Positions 11,689 to 22,597 are shown, numbered from the stretch's first letter. The stretch is 64,000 nucleotides of DNA from an uncultured bacterium (GCA_963721685.1 CAVRJJ010000005.1:103943-167942); one strand, 5' to 3'. Numbers and translations are program-made. The notes: generated by a model not told the origin, from the letters alone.

Positions 11689-12492
11689 TTAATGTTGCTT
11701 AAAAAAGCCTTCTTTTGTCAGTTGTTCCAACAACCTCGTAACCCGCTCGGGGTTTTCATCAGGAAAATGCTGCATTATGGCTTGGCCGGTAAGCACTGGA
11801 AACTCAAGCAGCAAGCGAATAAGCCGCCCGCGGAGCTGGCGGTCGGAGCCTTCAAACTTCGGCTGAGGGTTATAGTGCTGACTGCGGCGGTTGGGATTAG
11901 GGACTGTTTTAGCAAGATGGGTTCCGTAATCCATAAGCGCGTAATACCATTCGCGCGGGCTGGACTTATCCAGCGCCGCTTCAACTAGGGGCATAAGTTC
12001 CGTGTCGCTAACCGTGTCTGCGTTTGGAAAAAAATGATAAATAAAAACCCTCCGAATGTTGGTTTCAATAAATACTACTGGCTGGTTAAACGCGAAGGCC
12101 GCGATAGATCCGGCGGTGGCGGGGCCAATTCCTGGAAACAAAATGAGTTTAGCCGGGTCGTCCGGAAATATGGACCGATGCTTTTGAACAACAATCTGGG
12201 ACAAGCGTTGCAAATTAAGTGCCCGGCGATTATAGCCCATGCCTTGCCAAGCCGATAGCACCTTAGCGGTCCGGGCTGTTGCCAACCGGTGGAAGTCGGG
12301 AAATTCAGCAATAAATGCGGGGTATTTTTGCAGTACCCGCGCTACCTGTGTTTGCTGTAACATAACTTCAGAGATTACCACGTGGAAGGGTGTCGGCTGG
12401 TCGCGCCAAGGCATGGGCCGCCGCTGGTGGCGGTAATAGTCCCAAACGTGGTTTTGAAACTCTGTTATTAAGGCGGGCTTTTGGTTGGCCAA
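11689..12492 (-). CDS. mutY: A/G-specific adenine glycosylase, short HhH-GPD type lacking the Fe-S cysteines
   Basis: MPWR, ISEVMLQQTQV, WQGMGYNRRALNL, FPGIGPATA, ETNIRRV, ALMDYG. Confidence 0.85.
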   Translation of the reverse strand: MANQKPALITEFQNHVWDYYRHQRRPMPWRDQPTPFHVVISEVMLQQTQVARVLQKYPAFIAEFPDFHRLATARTAKVLSAWQGMGYNRRALNLQRLSQIVVQKHRSIFPDDPAKLILFPGIGPATAGSIAAFAFNQPVVFIETNIRRVFIYHFFPNADTVSDTELMPLVEAALDKSSPREWYYALMDYGTHLAKTVPNPNRRSQHYNPQPKFEGSDRQLRGRLIRLLLEFPVLTGQAIMQHFPDENPERVTRLLEQLTKEGFFKQH

Positions 12493-12495
12493 TAA

Positions 12496-12870
12496 TTACC
12501 CTAGATGGCTTGGTGCACCACCGAAGCTCCGCGGCATCGGATGGGGCGCGAGATGCAATGAAACCACCGGATGGCTTTCGGCACCAGGGCCATGAAGATC
12601 AAGAAAAGAATTTTTCATTTGGATTTTGTCGCGTGTACTTAAGTTGGAATGCTGGATCTGGTCAACCGCTTGGTGGATTGTGGGATGCTCCATGCGGTCA
12701 ACCACTTTAAAGCGTTGACGATCCATAACCGTATTATGCCCGCTGTATTCAACCAAACTACCAACCTGAAGTTGCTGATGGTGGGCGTCATTAAGCCGCA
12801 ACGCTAGCGGGTTTTTGTGCCTCATCAGCAGATCATAACTATGGTGCTGGAGCGGGACAACGGAAGACAT
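12496..12870 (-). CDS. ASCH/PUA-like hypothetical protein
   Basis: K..LALRLND.HHQQLQVGSLVEY resembles the ASCH 'E.RLND.KR..I.VGD.I.F' motif; TATAAT 6 nt before ATG. Confidence 0.5.
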   Translation of the reverse strand: MSSVVPLQHHSYDLLMRHKNPLALRLNDAHHQQLQVGSLVEYSGHNTVMDRQRFKVVDRMEHPTIHQAVDQIQHSNLSTRDKIQMKNSFLDLHGPGAESHPVVSLHLAPHPMPRSFGGAPSHLG

Positions 12871-12899
12871 ATAGTTATTATAACGCAGATACTTCTTCT

Positions 12900-13315
12900 C
12901 TACTTGTGCCGCTTGGAAGCGTCCAGCCATGTGGTGGAGCGAAGGATGTCGGCCTGGGCAGCGGCAATATCCCGATCTTCTTGAGACGACTTAAGGCGCT
13001 CTTCGGCCTCGGCAAGTTTTTGGCGCTCATTGAACTCATCAATATCCCCTACCTGCGCGGCGTCATCAACCAGCAGGATTACCCGCTCGCCATCAACTTC
13101 AACCAGCCCGCGCGTAATGACAAGATGGTCCATGGTGCGGTCTTCAGCTTTATAGCGAATATCAACCGTACCGGCACTAGCCACCGCGGCTAGCGGGGCG
13201 TGGTGCGGCAAAATTCCCAGAGAGCCAGCAGTGGTGGGCACCACAACTTCGCGAACCTCCTGATTAAAGACCGGTCCACCAGGGGTTAGCACCTCAAACT
13301 GTAATGTGCCTGCCA

Positions 13316-13316
<1 letters not shown>
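12900..13316 (-). CDS. atpC: ATP synthase F1 epsilon
   Basis: FEVLTP, GSLGILPHHAPL; operon position. Confidence 0.93.
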
Positions 13317-14731
<1,415 letters not shown>

Positions 14732-15691
14732 CTATTGTTCCTCAATTGCAGCGGCGGCACCGGTAATTTCCGAGATTTCCTGGGTGATCCCAGCCTGCCG
14801 GATAGTGTTAATTTGCAGGGTAAGCGAGTCAATTAAATCGCTGGCGTTGTCGGTAGCATTACGCATAGCCAGCATCCTCATAGCGTGCTCACTAACGCCA
14901 GCCTCCTGGGCGGCATTTAAAACTGAGGCGTCAAACAAGCGCTCCAATGCCACATCCACCACCTCTTCGGCGCTGGGCTCCAGCAGGGCAATGACATGAG
15001 GTCGCTTTTGACTATTCGCGGGTGACGTGTGAGGCGGGGACCCCGGCTGCCCGGAGACTTTGTCGAGGACTTGCGGGGTGCCGACCACGGCAGGACCCGC
15101 CGTATTGAGATCTACCGGCCAGATTGGCAAGACACGGACTTCCTGTTTCAATGCAGAGTGGGAATGGGTGTAAATAACTTCAATGGCGTCAATGGTGCCC
15201 TCAACGTACTGGGTACGTAAATATTCTGCCAGAGGCTTAACGTCGTTTATGCCGGGATCGGTGGAACGGCCAACAATTTGCTCAAGGATGGTCGCGTATT
15301 TTAAATGCTTGGCAACCCGAATAGCCTGCGCACCGATAGCGATGAGCTTAACTTCAACTTTCTTTTCCTCATATTGAGCAACCTGCGAGCGGAGACGGGC
15401 TGCCACATTGTGGTTATAAGCGCCAGCCAATCCCCTGTCTGAAGCAATTACCATAATCGCAACACTGCGGACCTTGTCGCGCTTCCACAGAGTTAGGTCA
15501 CTTTGCTCAATATCCTGGCTGAGCAAGCGTTGCAGGGTAGCCATGGTGGCCTCAATATAACTGCGCGAGCGCTTGGAAGCGGCTTGAGCCCGGCGCAACT
15601 TCGTGGCGTCCACAAGCTGCATCGCTTTGGTTGTTTGGCGGGTGTTGCTGATTGAGCGGACCCGCCGTTGCAACTCTTGCATCTGAGCCAT
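14732..15691 (-). CDS. atpG: ATP synthase F1 gamma
   Basis: TKAMQLV, SDRGLAGAYN, SEHAMRMLAMRNATDNA, RQAGITQEISEI. Confidence 0.95.
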   Translation of the reverse strand: MAQMQELQRRVRSISNTRQTTKAMQLVDATKLRRAQAASKRSRSYIEATMATLQRLLSQDIEQSDLTLWKRDKVRSVAIMVIASDRGLAGAYNHNVAARLRSQVAQYEEKKVEVKLIAIGAQAIRVAKHLKYATILEQIVGRSTDPGINDVKPLAEYLRTQYVEGTIDAIEVIYTHSHSALKQEVRVLPIWPVDLNTAGPAVVGTPQVLDKVSGQPGSPPHTSPANSQKRPHVIALLEPSAEEVVDVALERLFDASVLNAAQEAGVSEHAMRMLAMRNATDNASDLIDSLTLQINTIRQAGITQEISEITGAAAAIEEQ

Positions 15692-17226
15692 TAGGAAGCC
15701 TCGTGGGGTATTAGGTCTGCCAACGCGGTTTTGATGATTTTCTTCAAACTCTCCATCTCATCATCGCTAATCGCTCCAGACTTATTGATTGATTCAGCAA
15801 CTTTGGGATGCTTAGCCAGGTTTTTCAAAAGGCTTTCGCGGGCTTCGGCCATATCTTCAACTTTAACTTTATCGAGCGGCCCGGTCGTACCGGCAAGCAG
15901 GAGGATGCATTGCTCAGCTACGCTCAATGGCTGGTACTGCGGCTGCTTGAGCAGCTCAATCAAGCGCTGGCCGCGATCGAGTTGGGCCCGCGTGGCTTCA
16001 TCAAGATCACTGGCAAACTGGGTAAAAGCGGCTACCTCGTTGTATTGCGCCAAGCTCACCCGAAGCGGACCCGCCAACTTTTTAACGGCTTTTGGTTGGG
16101 CGGCGCCGCCAACCCGGCTCACCGAGTTACCAACATCAATCGCGGGGCGGATACCCTGGTTAAACAGGTCGGTCGTTAAGAAAATTTGTCCGTCAGTAAT
16201 TGAAATTACATTCGTTGGGATGTAGGCGGAGATATTGCCAGCTTGGGTTTCAATAATTGGGAGCGCCGTCAGAGAGCCCGCCCCTTTTTCGTCGCTCATT
16301 TTGGCAGCCCGCTCAAGCAAGCGGGAATGCAGGTAAAACACGTCGCCGGGATAAGCCTCACGGCCGGGAGGGCGGCGCAGCAATAACGACATTTGGCGAT
16401 ACGCTTGGGCATGACGGGTTAAATCATCATAAATTGCCAGCGCGTGGCCGCCGTTGTCGCGAATGTATTCCCCAATTGAGGCGCCGGCGTAAGGCGCAAG
16501 ATACTGTAATGTGACCGGATCGGTTGCTGACGTCGCCACAATAATACTTGAATCCAAGGCTTCAGCTTGGCGTAAGCGCTCAACCAAACGGGCAATGGTG
16601 CTGCGTTTCTGGCCAATAGCAACGTATATTGAAATAATGCCGCTACCCTGCTTCATCTGGTTAAGCATGGTATCTAAAGCAATGGCCGTTTTGCCGGTTT
16701 GGCGATCACCAATAATGAGCTGGCGCTGGCCGCGGCCAATCGGGACCATACCGTCAATCGCGAGAATCCCGGTTGCAACCGGCTCATGTACCGATTTCCG
16801 GCTCATTACATCGGGCGCGGGGCTCTCAATGGGGCGGTGTTCCTTGGCTTTTACCTCACCCAACCCATCCAAAGGGCGGCCCAATGGATCAATTACCCGG
16901 CCTAGCAAGGCGTCCCCTACCGGAACGGTTAGCTGCTTCCCGGTTTGGGTGACTTCAGCACCGGCTCCAATCATGTCGTTCTCATCAAGCAGGACAACGC
17001 CTATTTCATCCTCAAGCAAGTTGAGCACTAATGCTGTGGCGGTTTCGCCTCCTTGCTTCAGCTCGAGCACCTCACCCAGTTGGGCTTTCGGCAAACCCTG
17101 GATAGTTGCAACCCCGTCACCAAGCCGTGAAACCACCCCATGGCCCTTCAGTTCGGCAGGGCTTGGCAAATTAGAGATAGCGGTCTTCAGTTCAGCGGTA
17201 ATGTCGGAAATAGTAAGTTTAGCCAT
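15691..17226 (-). CDS. atpA: ATP synthase F1 alpha
   Basis: GDRQTGKT, PPGREAYPGDVFYLHSRLLER. Confidence 0.98.
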   Translation of the reverse strand: MAKLTISDITAELKTAISNLPSPAELKGHGVVSRLGDGVATIQGLPKAQLGEVLELKQGGETATALVLNLLEDEIGVVLLDENDMIGAGAEVTQTGKQLTVPVGDALLGRVIDPLGRPLDGLGEVKAKEHRPIESPAPDVMSRKSVHEPVATGILAIDGMVPIGRGQRQLIIGDRQTGKTAIALDTMLNQMKQGSGIISIYVAIGQKRSTIARLVERLRQAEALDSSIIVATSATDPVTLQYLAPYAGASIGEYIRDNGGHALAIYDDLTRHAQAYRQMSLLLRRPPGREAYPGDVFYLHSRLLERAAKMSDEKGAGSLTALPIIETQAGNISAYIPTNVISITDGQIFLTTDLFNQGIRPAIDVGNSVSRVGGAAQPKAVKKLAGPLRVSLAQYNEVAAFTQFASDLDEATRAQLDRGQRLIELLKQPQYQPLSVAEQCILLLAGTTGPLDKVKVEDMAEARESLLKNLAKHPKVAESINKSGAISDDEMESLKKIIKTALADLIPHEAS

Positions 17227-17611
17227 GAGATATCCTTAGGGTTTGTAGTTGATTATCTAGTGTTAGATCAAGCGAAACATCAGCGGTGGTTAAATGAGCT
17301 CCTCCCAGCAATTTGGGGTCAATACTGGATTGCAGCTCATAGCTGGTACCACTTAGCTTATGAGCGAGTTCCTGGCTGAAGCGCTCCAATATTCCGTCGG
17401 GCAGGTTGTGCGCGCTGGTAGCGTGTACCACAATATGTCCTTTCGTCTGGGCCAATTCACGCTCCAGCTCCGGAATTAAACGGTCGAGCTGAGGCCGCGC
17501 ACCGCCGGCCGACATAACCGCGGCGGCCGCGCCAGCAACCTCGCTTAACTCATGCTCTTCAAGCATTGAGATCATGGCGGCGGCTAATCGGCGATGACTA
17601 ATTTTAGCCAC
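17219..17611 (-). CDS. atpH: ATP synthase F1 delta (short)
   Basis: TSAHNL, IDPKLLGG, LDLTL; operon position. Confidence 0.85.
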   Translation of the reverse strand: MAKISHRRLAAAMISMLEEHELSEVAGAAAAVMSAGGARPQLDRLIPELERELAQTKGHIVVHATSAHNLPDGILERFSQELAHKLSGTSYELQSSIDPKLLGGAHLTTADVSLDLTLDNQLQTLRISHG

Positions 17612-18143
17612 GGCGTCCCGCCGCTACAAACGCTTTTTCCAGCAACGCGGCGTCCCGCTTTTCATCCAATTTTTCTTCAATCAACCGGGAAGTCGCGGCA
17701 ACTACTAATGTACGGGCTTCTGACGCCAGCTCTTTACGAGCTGCCTCTAACTGACGCGTGGTTTCGCGCTTAGCTTGCTCAATAATATGTTCGGCCGAAC
17801 TTTCAGCTTCCGAGATAATACCATTTTTCTTCTTTTCGGCCTCAAGACGGGCTTCAGAAATAATTTCGGCGGCATGGGATTTAGCTTCGGCCAAAATTTT
17901 CGTGCGTTGCTCAGAAATAGCTGCCTTTTCCGCTTGGGCCTCGGCGGCCGCTTTCAAGCTGTCTTCAATTGTTTTGCGGCGGCGTTCGAGCGCGCCCAAA
18001 ATTGGCTTATAAGCGTAGCGGCGCAACACCCAAAACAAGATTGCAAAGTTAATTAATTCAAAAATGAGCGCCGGCAAACTAATACCAAGCGCGCCTAGGC
18101 CGGAGCTATGGGTTTCCGCTGCAAACAATACCGGAAATGGCAT
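17604..18143 (-). CDS. atpF: ATP synthase Fo b
   Basis: LINFAILFWVLRRYAYKPILGALERRRKTI followed by a coiled coil. Confidence 0.93.
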   Translation of the reverse strand: MPFPVLFAAETHSSGLGALGISLPALIFELINFAILFWVLRRYAYKPILGALERRRKTIEDSLKAAAEAQAEKAAISEQRTKILAEAKSHAAEIISEARLEAEKKKNGIISEAESSAEHIIEQAKRETTRQLEAARKELASEARTLVVAATSRLIEEKLDEKRDAALLEKAFVAAGRRG

Positions 18144-18146
18144 GGG

Positions 18147-18395
18147 CTACCCGAGAAACTTAATTATAAAACCAAAGACCAGCGCGAAAATGGCCAATGA
18201 TTCGGTGAACGCGATGGTTAGAATCATGAGACTGGTAACCCGTCCTTGGGTTTCAGGATTACGCCCAACCGCTTCAATAGCTTTAGCGCCAATTAAGCCT
18301 ATTCCAATGCCCGGGCCAATGGCTCCGATAGCTACCGTCAAACCGGCGGCTAGGTTCCTGACTTGTTCTGGATCAATTGCATATTCTGCTGCCAT
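18147..18395 (-). CDS. atpE: ATP synthase Fo c
   Basis: GIGIG, GRNPE, AFTESLAIF. Confidence 0.96.
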   Translation of the reverse strand: MAAEYAIDPEQVRNLAAGLTVAIGAIGPGIGIGLIGAKAIEAVGRNPETQGRVTSLMILTIAFTESLAIFALVFGFIIKFLG

Positions 18396-18397
18396 TA

Positions 18398-19168
18398 TTA
18401 CTCCTTTACTGCTTCTTTTATTACTTGATGCTCATCAGCCACGGGCGTTATTGCCAGCTTAATGAAGACAAGCGTTAATATACTAAACACAAAAGCTTGC
18501 ACCGCTCCAACGAAGAGCTCAAAACCCAAAAAGGGCGTTGGCCCAAGTATTGGCACCAGCCCACTGATAACGATGAGTAATACCTCGCCTGCAAAGATGT
18601 TACCAAATAACCGGAAAGAAAACGAGAGAATTCTGGTGAATTCCAGAACCATTTCCATAACCCCGGTTCCCCACATTATTGGTCCGCCATGAAAATAGCG
18701 CTTCAGCGTGCCGCCCACTCCCAGTGTACGGTAGCCAATAATCATGGTGACAAAGAACGAGATTAAGGCCAGAGCAATGGTGGTATTTAGATCGGAGGTC
18801 GTCCGCCTAAACAGCGGCACCTCGCCCGCGGGAGTATCAATCATAATATGGGTAAATCCCGGTATAAGTCCCAGCCAGTTATTGACAAGAATAAAGAAGA
18901 AAAAGGTAGCGATAAGCGGAAAGTACTTTAATGCAAGCTTGCGGGATTCAAATACCGTCGTCATCTGTTCAATAATGGCATCAACGGCGGTTTCAACCAC
19001 AAAGCCCAGTCCCCTGCCGGGTTTCTCAACAGTCCGCCGAGCTATGACTATCATGGTGATTGCCAAAATAACGGTGATAAGCGTACCCGCCAAGATGGAG
19101 TTGGTTACGGCAAAGGAGCCAATATGGAAGACGGTTTGCGAGGGCAGCGAAATGTGGACGTCATTCAT
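18398..19168 (-). CDS. atpB: ATP synthase Fo a
   Basis: NWLGLIPG, TSDLNTT, SFSFRLFGNIFAGE, ELFVGAVQAFVF. Confidence 0.96.
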   Translation of the reverse strand: MNDVHISLPSQTVFHIGSFAVTNSILAGTLITVILAITMIVIARRTVEKPGRGLGFVVETAVDAIIEQMTTVFESRKLALKYFPLIATFFFFILVNNWLGLIPGFTHIMIDTPAGEVPLFRRTTSDLNTTIALALISFFVTMIIGYRTLGVGGTLKRYFHGGPIMWGTGVMEMVLEFTRILSFSFRLFGNIFAGEVLLIVISGLVPILGPTPFLGFELFVGAVQAFVFSILTLVFIKLAITPVADEHQVIKEAVKE

Positions 19169-19173
19169 GGACG

Positions 19174-19908
19174 CTAAAGGCTCCTTTTAGATGCGCGACG
19201 GTTTACCTCGGCCTGCATCCGGCGGACGGTTCCTCGCACGAGTACATATGATAACGCAATTGCCACAACACATCCACCCAAAAGGAATAGAGGTGTTGTG
19301 CCTAACTGCCGATCGAGCAGCCCACCTCCAAAACCTAATAGAATTAAAGGACCGGCGGCCTGCCAACCGACCGTACCAACCAACGCCCATACGCGCAAGC
19401 CGTCCAGCGGACTTGCCACTTGGCCCTCTGGATTACGGAATGCCAGCCACCCCAAAGCCCGATAGAGGGCTTGGCTAGGTGGACTTAACTCGTAGGTATG
19501 CAGCTGATTTGTTTCAACCCACACCGCCTCAACCAAATCGTCCGCCGCCTTCATTTCACCGCTGTCATATTCACAAAGGTATTCCAAACAGTAATGATAA
19601 ACCATTTCCCCATGCTTATTAGGCGCGTCCACTTCTTGGGGCTCATCCAGGTATTCAGGAACGACGCAGCGGATATTCTTCACCTCAATGCCCAGCTCTT
19701 CACGCAGCTCGCGGCGCAATTCCGCGTGCAAGTAGGCATTGTCGTAATCCTGGCGCTGCCACAGCTTGGCGGCCAAAGCAGCGTCTTCGACTCCCCCGCC
19801 CGGGGTGTGCCAGGTATCCGGGTACGGCAACCGGCCCTTGGCTTTGCGCCCGAGTACCACTTGTGTTCCCTTTTGGACGACGCCGCTGACGATATAGCGG
19901 GATTTCAA
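19174..19908 (-). CDS. NUDIX hydrolase fused in frame to AtpZ/AtpI (ATPase gene 1) membrane domain
   Basis: PGGGVE...RRELREELG Nudix box with insertion; C-terminal GGGLLDRQLGTTPLFLLGG AtpZ signature directly before atpB. Confidence 0.8.
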   Translation of the reverse strand: MKSRYIVSGVVQKGTQVVLGRKAKGRLPYPDTWHTPGGGVEDAALAAKLWQRQDYDNAYLHAELRRELREELGIEVKNIRCVVPEYLDEPQEVDAPNKHGEMVYHYCLEYLCEYDSGEMKAADDLVEAVWVETNQLHTYELSPPSQALYRALGWLAFRNPEGQVASPLDGLRVWALVGTVGWQAAGPLILLGFGGGLLDRQLGTTPLFLLGGCVVAIALSYVLVRGTVRRMQAEVNRRASKRSL

Positions 19909-20837
19909 ATGACTTCCTCATAGGTAACTGATACGTTTTCTGGGTAGTCTTTCTCGGATTTCTCTTCATCCGTACTATAGCGGCAGACAAAACGTATGGT
20001 GGGATATTTGACCTTCAGCACCCGGTGTACCATATCCATACCGGTTTCCGGATCCCGGCCGGCGGCGGCAAAATGGGCAAACATAGCTGAGGCCACCTTT
20101 AATGGCAGTTCATCTTTCGAAACTTCTTCTTGATAAGAACGCTTATTGGCCACCGCGTCGCACTTATCCGCGGCTTCAAACAGCGCTTGCATCGTTTCGA
20201 ACTTCCGAAAGCTATACGCGTCCGTCAAGCCAAGCTCAAACAACCGGTCTTTTTCTTTTTCCTTATCATATGATGGCTGGCCTTGGATTTGATGGTGCAA
20301 CTCCACCAACGCCCTAACCATGCGGTCGTTCTCAAAATCTTCGGAGATCATCTGGGCTGAGTATTCGGCGTGCTTGGCCATTACCACGCTTTCTTCGTCA
20401 GTCAGCTTGCGTGGGAGCTTCACCAGCGCGGCAATTTCTGGCTCTAGCTTGCCAATATCATGCAATAAGGCGGCATCTACCAAGGTTCGAAGATTATCCG
20501 GACTGAACTGAAGCTCCTTTTGGTACGTTCTTGCTACAGTTGCCACAAGCCTCGCTACGCCCAGGATATGGCTATAGGTTTCCTTGTCATATTTGGGAGA
20601 GGTTTCGTTTCCTAGCTGGTCCAACCACTTTTTAATGTCCGGATTCGCGATGGCTCGTTCAATGTCTACTTGAACTTCCTCTTCCAGGCCGCGGTTTGTC
20701 TCTGCCCATGCCCCTTCAACCTGCCGATCATCAATGTCAGCCGCCAACGCATCGAGTGGATCATGCTCAGCGGGTTCAAACGGCGGCTCAGTTGTTTCAG
20801 TTTCCGACACGTATGGGTTTTCCTTTACTTTCACCAA
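19905..20837 (-). CDS. HD-domain (HD-GYP-like) phosphohydrolase
   Basis: TYSHILGV, ALLHDIGK, KLTDEE..VMAKH, HH, AADKCDA...RSYQ; the canonical GYP is degenerate. Confidence 0.8.
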   Translation of the reverse strand: MVKVKENPYVSETETTEPPFEPAEHDPLDALAADIDDRQVEGAWAETNRGLEEEVQVDIERAIANPDIKKWLDQLGNETSPKYDKETYSHILGVARLVATVARTYQKELQFSPDNLRTLVDAALLHDIGKLEPEIAALVKLPRKLTDEESVVMAKHAEYSAQMISEDFENDRMVRALVELHHQIQGQPSYDKEKEKDRLFELGLTDAYSFRKFETMQALFEAADKCDAVANKRSYQEEVSKDELPLKVASAMFAHFAAAGRDPETGMDMVHRVLKVKYPTIRFVCRYSTDEEKSEKDYPENVSVTYEEVI

Positions 20838-20902
20838 GTATAGCGGATTACAGCAGCCGTTAAACGTGAAGAAGGCCCGAAGATGAGTTTCGAAATCCTT
20901 CT

Positions 20903-21328
20903 TCAGACCTTTCTGGTCGGGTCTTTGGCATGTCTCTTCCTGCGATGAGACGCCTTGTAGTTAATTGCGGCGATATGGGCGTGAGCTAGTACTTCCTCGC
21001 GCTTGCCTTCGCCGATGGCTCTGCGTGTCGTTAAGGACGAGCCGTCGAGCCATTCATGGGGCGCCCTTAGCCAGGCGACGGCGAACTTGTCGCTGCACTC
21101 ATGCAGGTAAAGAAGCGCTACCGCCAGAACAGAAAGGCGTTCGTAATACTCTACTTCAATTGCGTTGAATGGATCATCCAACCAGCTAGCGACTACTTCG
21201 TGGGTTGCTTGAGTTGCAAGCCGAAGATCCTTGGCGCTCAGGGCATAACGATCCCTGAGCACACATGCGAGATTGCGTGTTGCAGGGGTCACCCACTTCT
21301 CCTTAAGCCATGCCGATAGGAGCTGCAC
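20903..21328 (-). CDS. HTH + MbcA/ParS/Xre-type antitoxin domain protein
   Basis: LSAKDLRLATQATHEVVASW HTH-like segment; AVAWLRAPHEWLDG...RRAIGEG..EEVL resembles the DUF2384/MbcA C-terminus; AAGGA SD before GTG. Confidence 0.6.
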   Translation of the reverse strand: MQLLSAWLKEKWVTPATRNLACVLRDRYALSAKDLRLATQATHEVVASWLDDPFNAIEVEYYERLSVLAVALLYLHECSDKFAVAWLRAPHEWLDGSSLTTRRAIGEGKREEVLAHAHIAAINYKASHRRKRHAKDPTRKV

Positions 21329-21467
21329 GGACGCAGTCCTTCTGCGGCGGATGGAATCGAGTGGTACTTACTACGAAAACCCCATGGAAAAGGGATTTAA
21401 ACCGACGGCTTAGATTACCATAAAAAGCGTCCCGTGGATAGATGTAGGTTTAACAAATAATGCCATT

Positions 21468-21557
21468 TGGCGGAGAGAGAGGGATTCGAACCCTCGGTAC
21501 GGTTGCCCGCACACACGCTTTCCAAGCGTGCTCCTTAAGCCACTCGGACACCTCTCC
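21468..21557 (-). tRNA. tRNA-Ser(GGA)
   Basis: GGAGAGG acceptor, anticodon arm CACGC-TTGGAAA-GCGTG, long variable arm, GGTTCGAATCC, encoded CCA. Confidence 0.96.
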
Positions 21558-21623
21558 AGACCTGGGAATTATAGAGGTTCTGGATTGATTTGGGTAGTCA
21601 GAGAAATTATTTAACCAGGCGTC

Positions 21624-21695
21624 TGGTGGAGGCACCGGGAATCGAACCCGGCCGACCCGAGTCGCGATCAGGTCACGACGCCAGTCTGTACCCCC
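21624..21695 (-). ncRNA. non-canonical tRNA-like RNA with Ala identity (G3.U70), resembling a tmRNA tRNA-like domain
   Basis: GGGGGTA/TGCCTCC-ACCA acceptor; CCGGG-TTCGATT-CCCGG T-arm; 7-bp stem GACCTGA/TCGGGTC; vestigial D-arm; 2-nt variable linker. Confidence 0.65.
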
Positions 21696-21851
21696 GAAAG
21701 GTACACCGTACCACCAGACATTTTTATCGTATCAATCCGACATTACATTAGAATTAAATGTTGGTGTTTTTATTGAAAAATATGATTCGAGGGATATAAT
21801 TGAAATTGACCCGAGTCGCAATCAGGATCGCACGGCATCAGCCATACACAC

Positions 21852-21878
21852 GAAAAGAGCAGCCATGCTGCTCTTTTC
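21852..21878. terminator. intrinsic terminator after asparaginase gene
   Basis: GAAAAGAGCAGC-CAT-GCTGCTCTTTTC perfect inverted repeat. Confidence 0.75.
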
Positions 21879-21880
21879 TG

Positions 21881-22393
21881 CTATTCAAACCTAAATAATT
21901 CCACATTCTTGTCCACTTCACTGGAGGCAAAAATCCCGCCGTTCATGGAAAGGTAAACGCCGGGTTTAATGTTAGCAAACGACGCAACTACAAACCCCAG
22001 GTTGAAGCCGGCATCGGACGCGGCGAAACCAGTCAACGGGATCATCGATCCGGTCACAATAATTTTCTTAAGCCCCCCCCCGCTAAATTCTTGATCTAAA
22101 AATTGGGCTGTGTCTCGCATGGTAAAGGTGCCGTGGGTTACGATAATATTCTCGTGCGGGCTGGCATTAATGGCTTTGACAAGCTTCTTCCGATCTTCGT
22201 CGTTAATGTCCCGGCTGTCTTTTTCGATGACACTTTCAGTACTAAAATTGAAATGAGGCTTTATGAGATTGTGAAAATAACTTTCAATTGATGAATCCAG
22301 CTTCATGAGCTTTTTATTAATAGCGTCGTAGGCCGGGTCAAAGAACTCAATAGTTCCACCCATTTTTACAATGTGGACGTGGCTGTTTGGCAC
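21881..22393 (-). CDS. asparaginase N-terminal domain protein
   Basis: MGGTI, KDSRD, THGTFTM, VTGSMIP, SDAGFNLG. Confidence 0.88.
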   Translation of the reverse strand: MPNSHVHIVKMGGTIEFFDPAYDAINKKLMKLDSSIESYFHNLIKPHFNFSTESVIEKDSRDINDEDRKKLVKAINASPHENIIVTHGTFTMRDTAQFLDQEFSGGGLKKIIVTGSMIPLTGFAASDAGFNLGFVVASFANIKPGVYLSMNGGIFASSEVDKNVELFRFE

Positions 22394-22553
22394 GATTAAG
22401 CTCCCATTTTATAACTGACATTAGTATAACTCATGCTTACAATTGGATGAGCTGATAAAAAACGAGCTGGAGTCGCGATTTAGCCGGTAATTATTCTTGA
22501 TCTGCGTTGCTTCAGGCGGTAAAATGTAAACTAGTTCGTAGCCAAGTCTTGAT

Positions 22554-22585
22554 ACATAAAACCCAGCAATTGCTGGGTTTTATGT
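22554..22585. terminator. intrinsic terminator
   Basis: ACATAAAACCCAGCAATTGCTGGGTTTTATGT palindrome just downstream (minus strand) of the tRNA-like 3' fragment. Confidence 0.7.
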
Positions 22586-22597
22586 CAGTACTATGAT

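Noticed and set aside
18147-18395. Na+-coupled ATP synthase
   Set aside because: The c subunit has E-S but lacks the Gln, Thr and Tyr of the Na+-binding signature.
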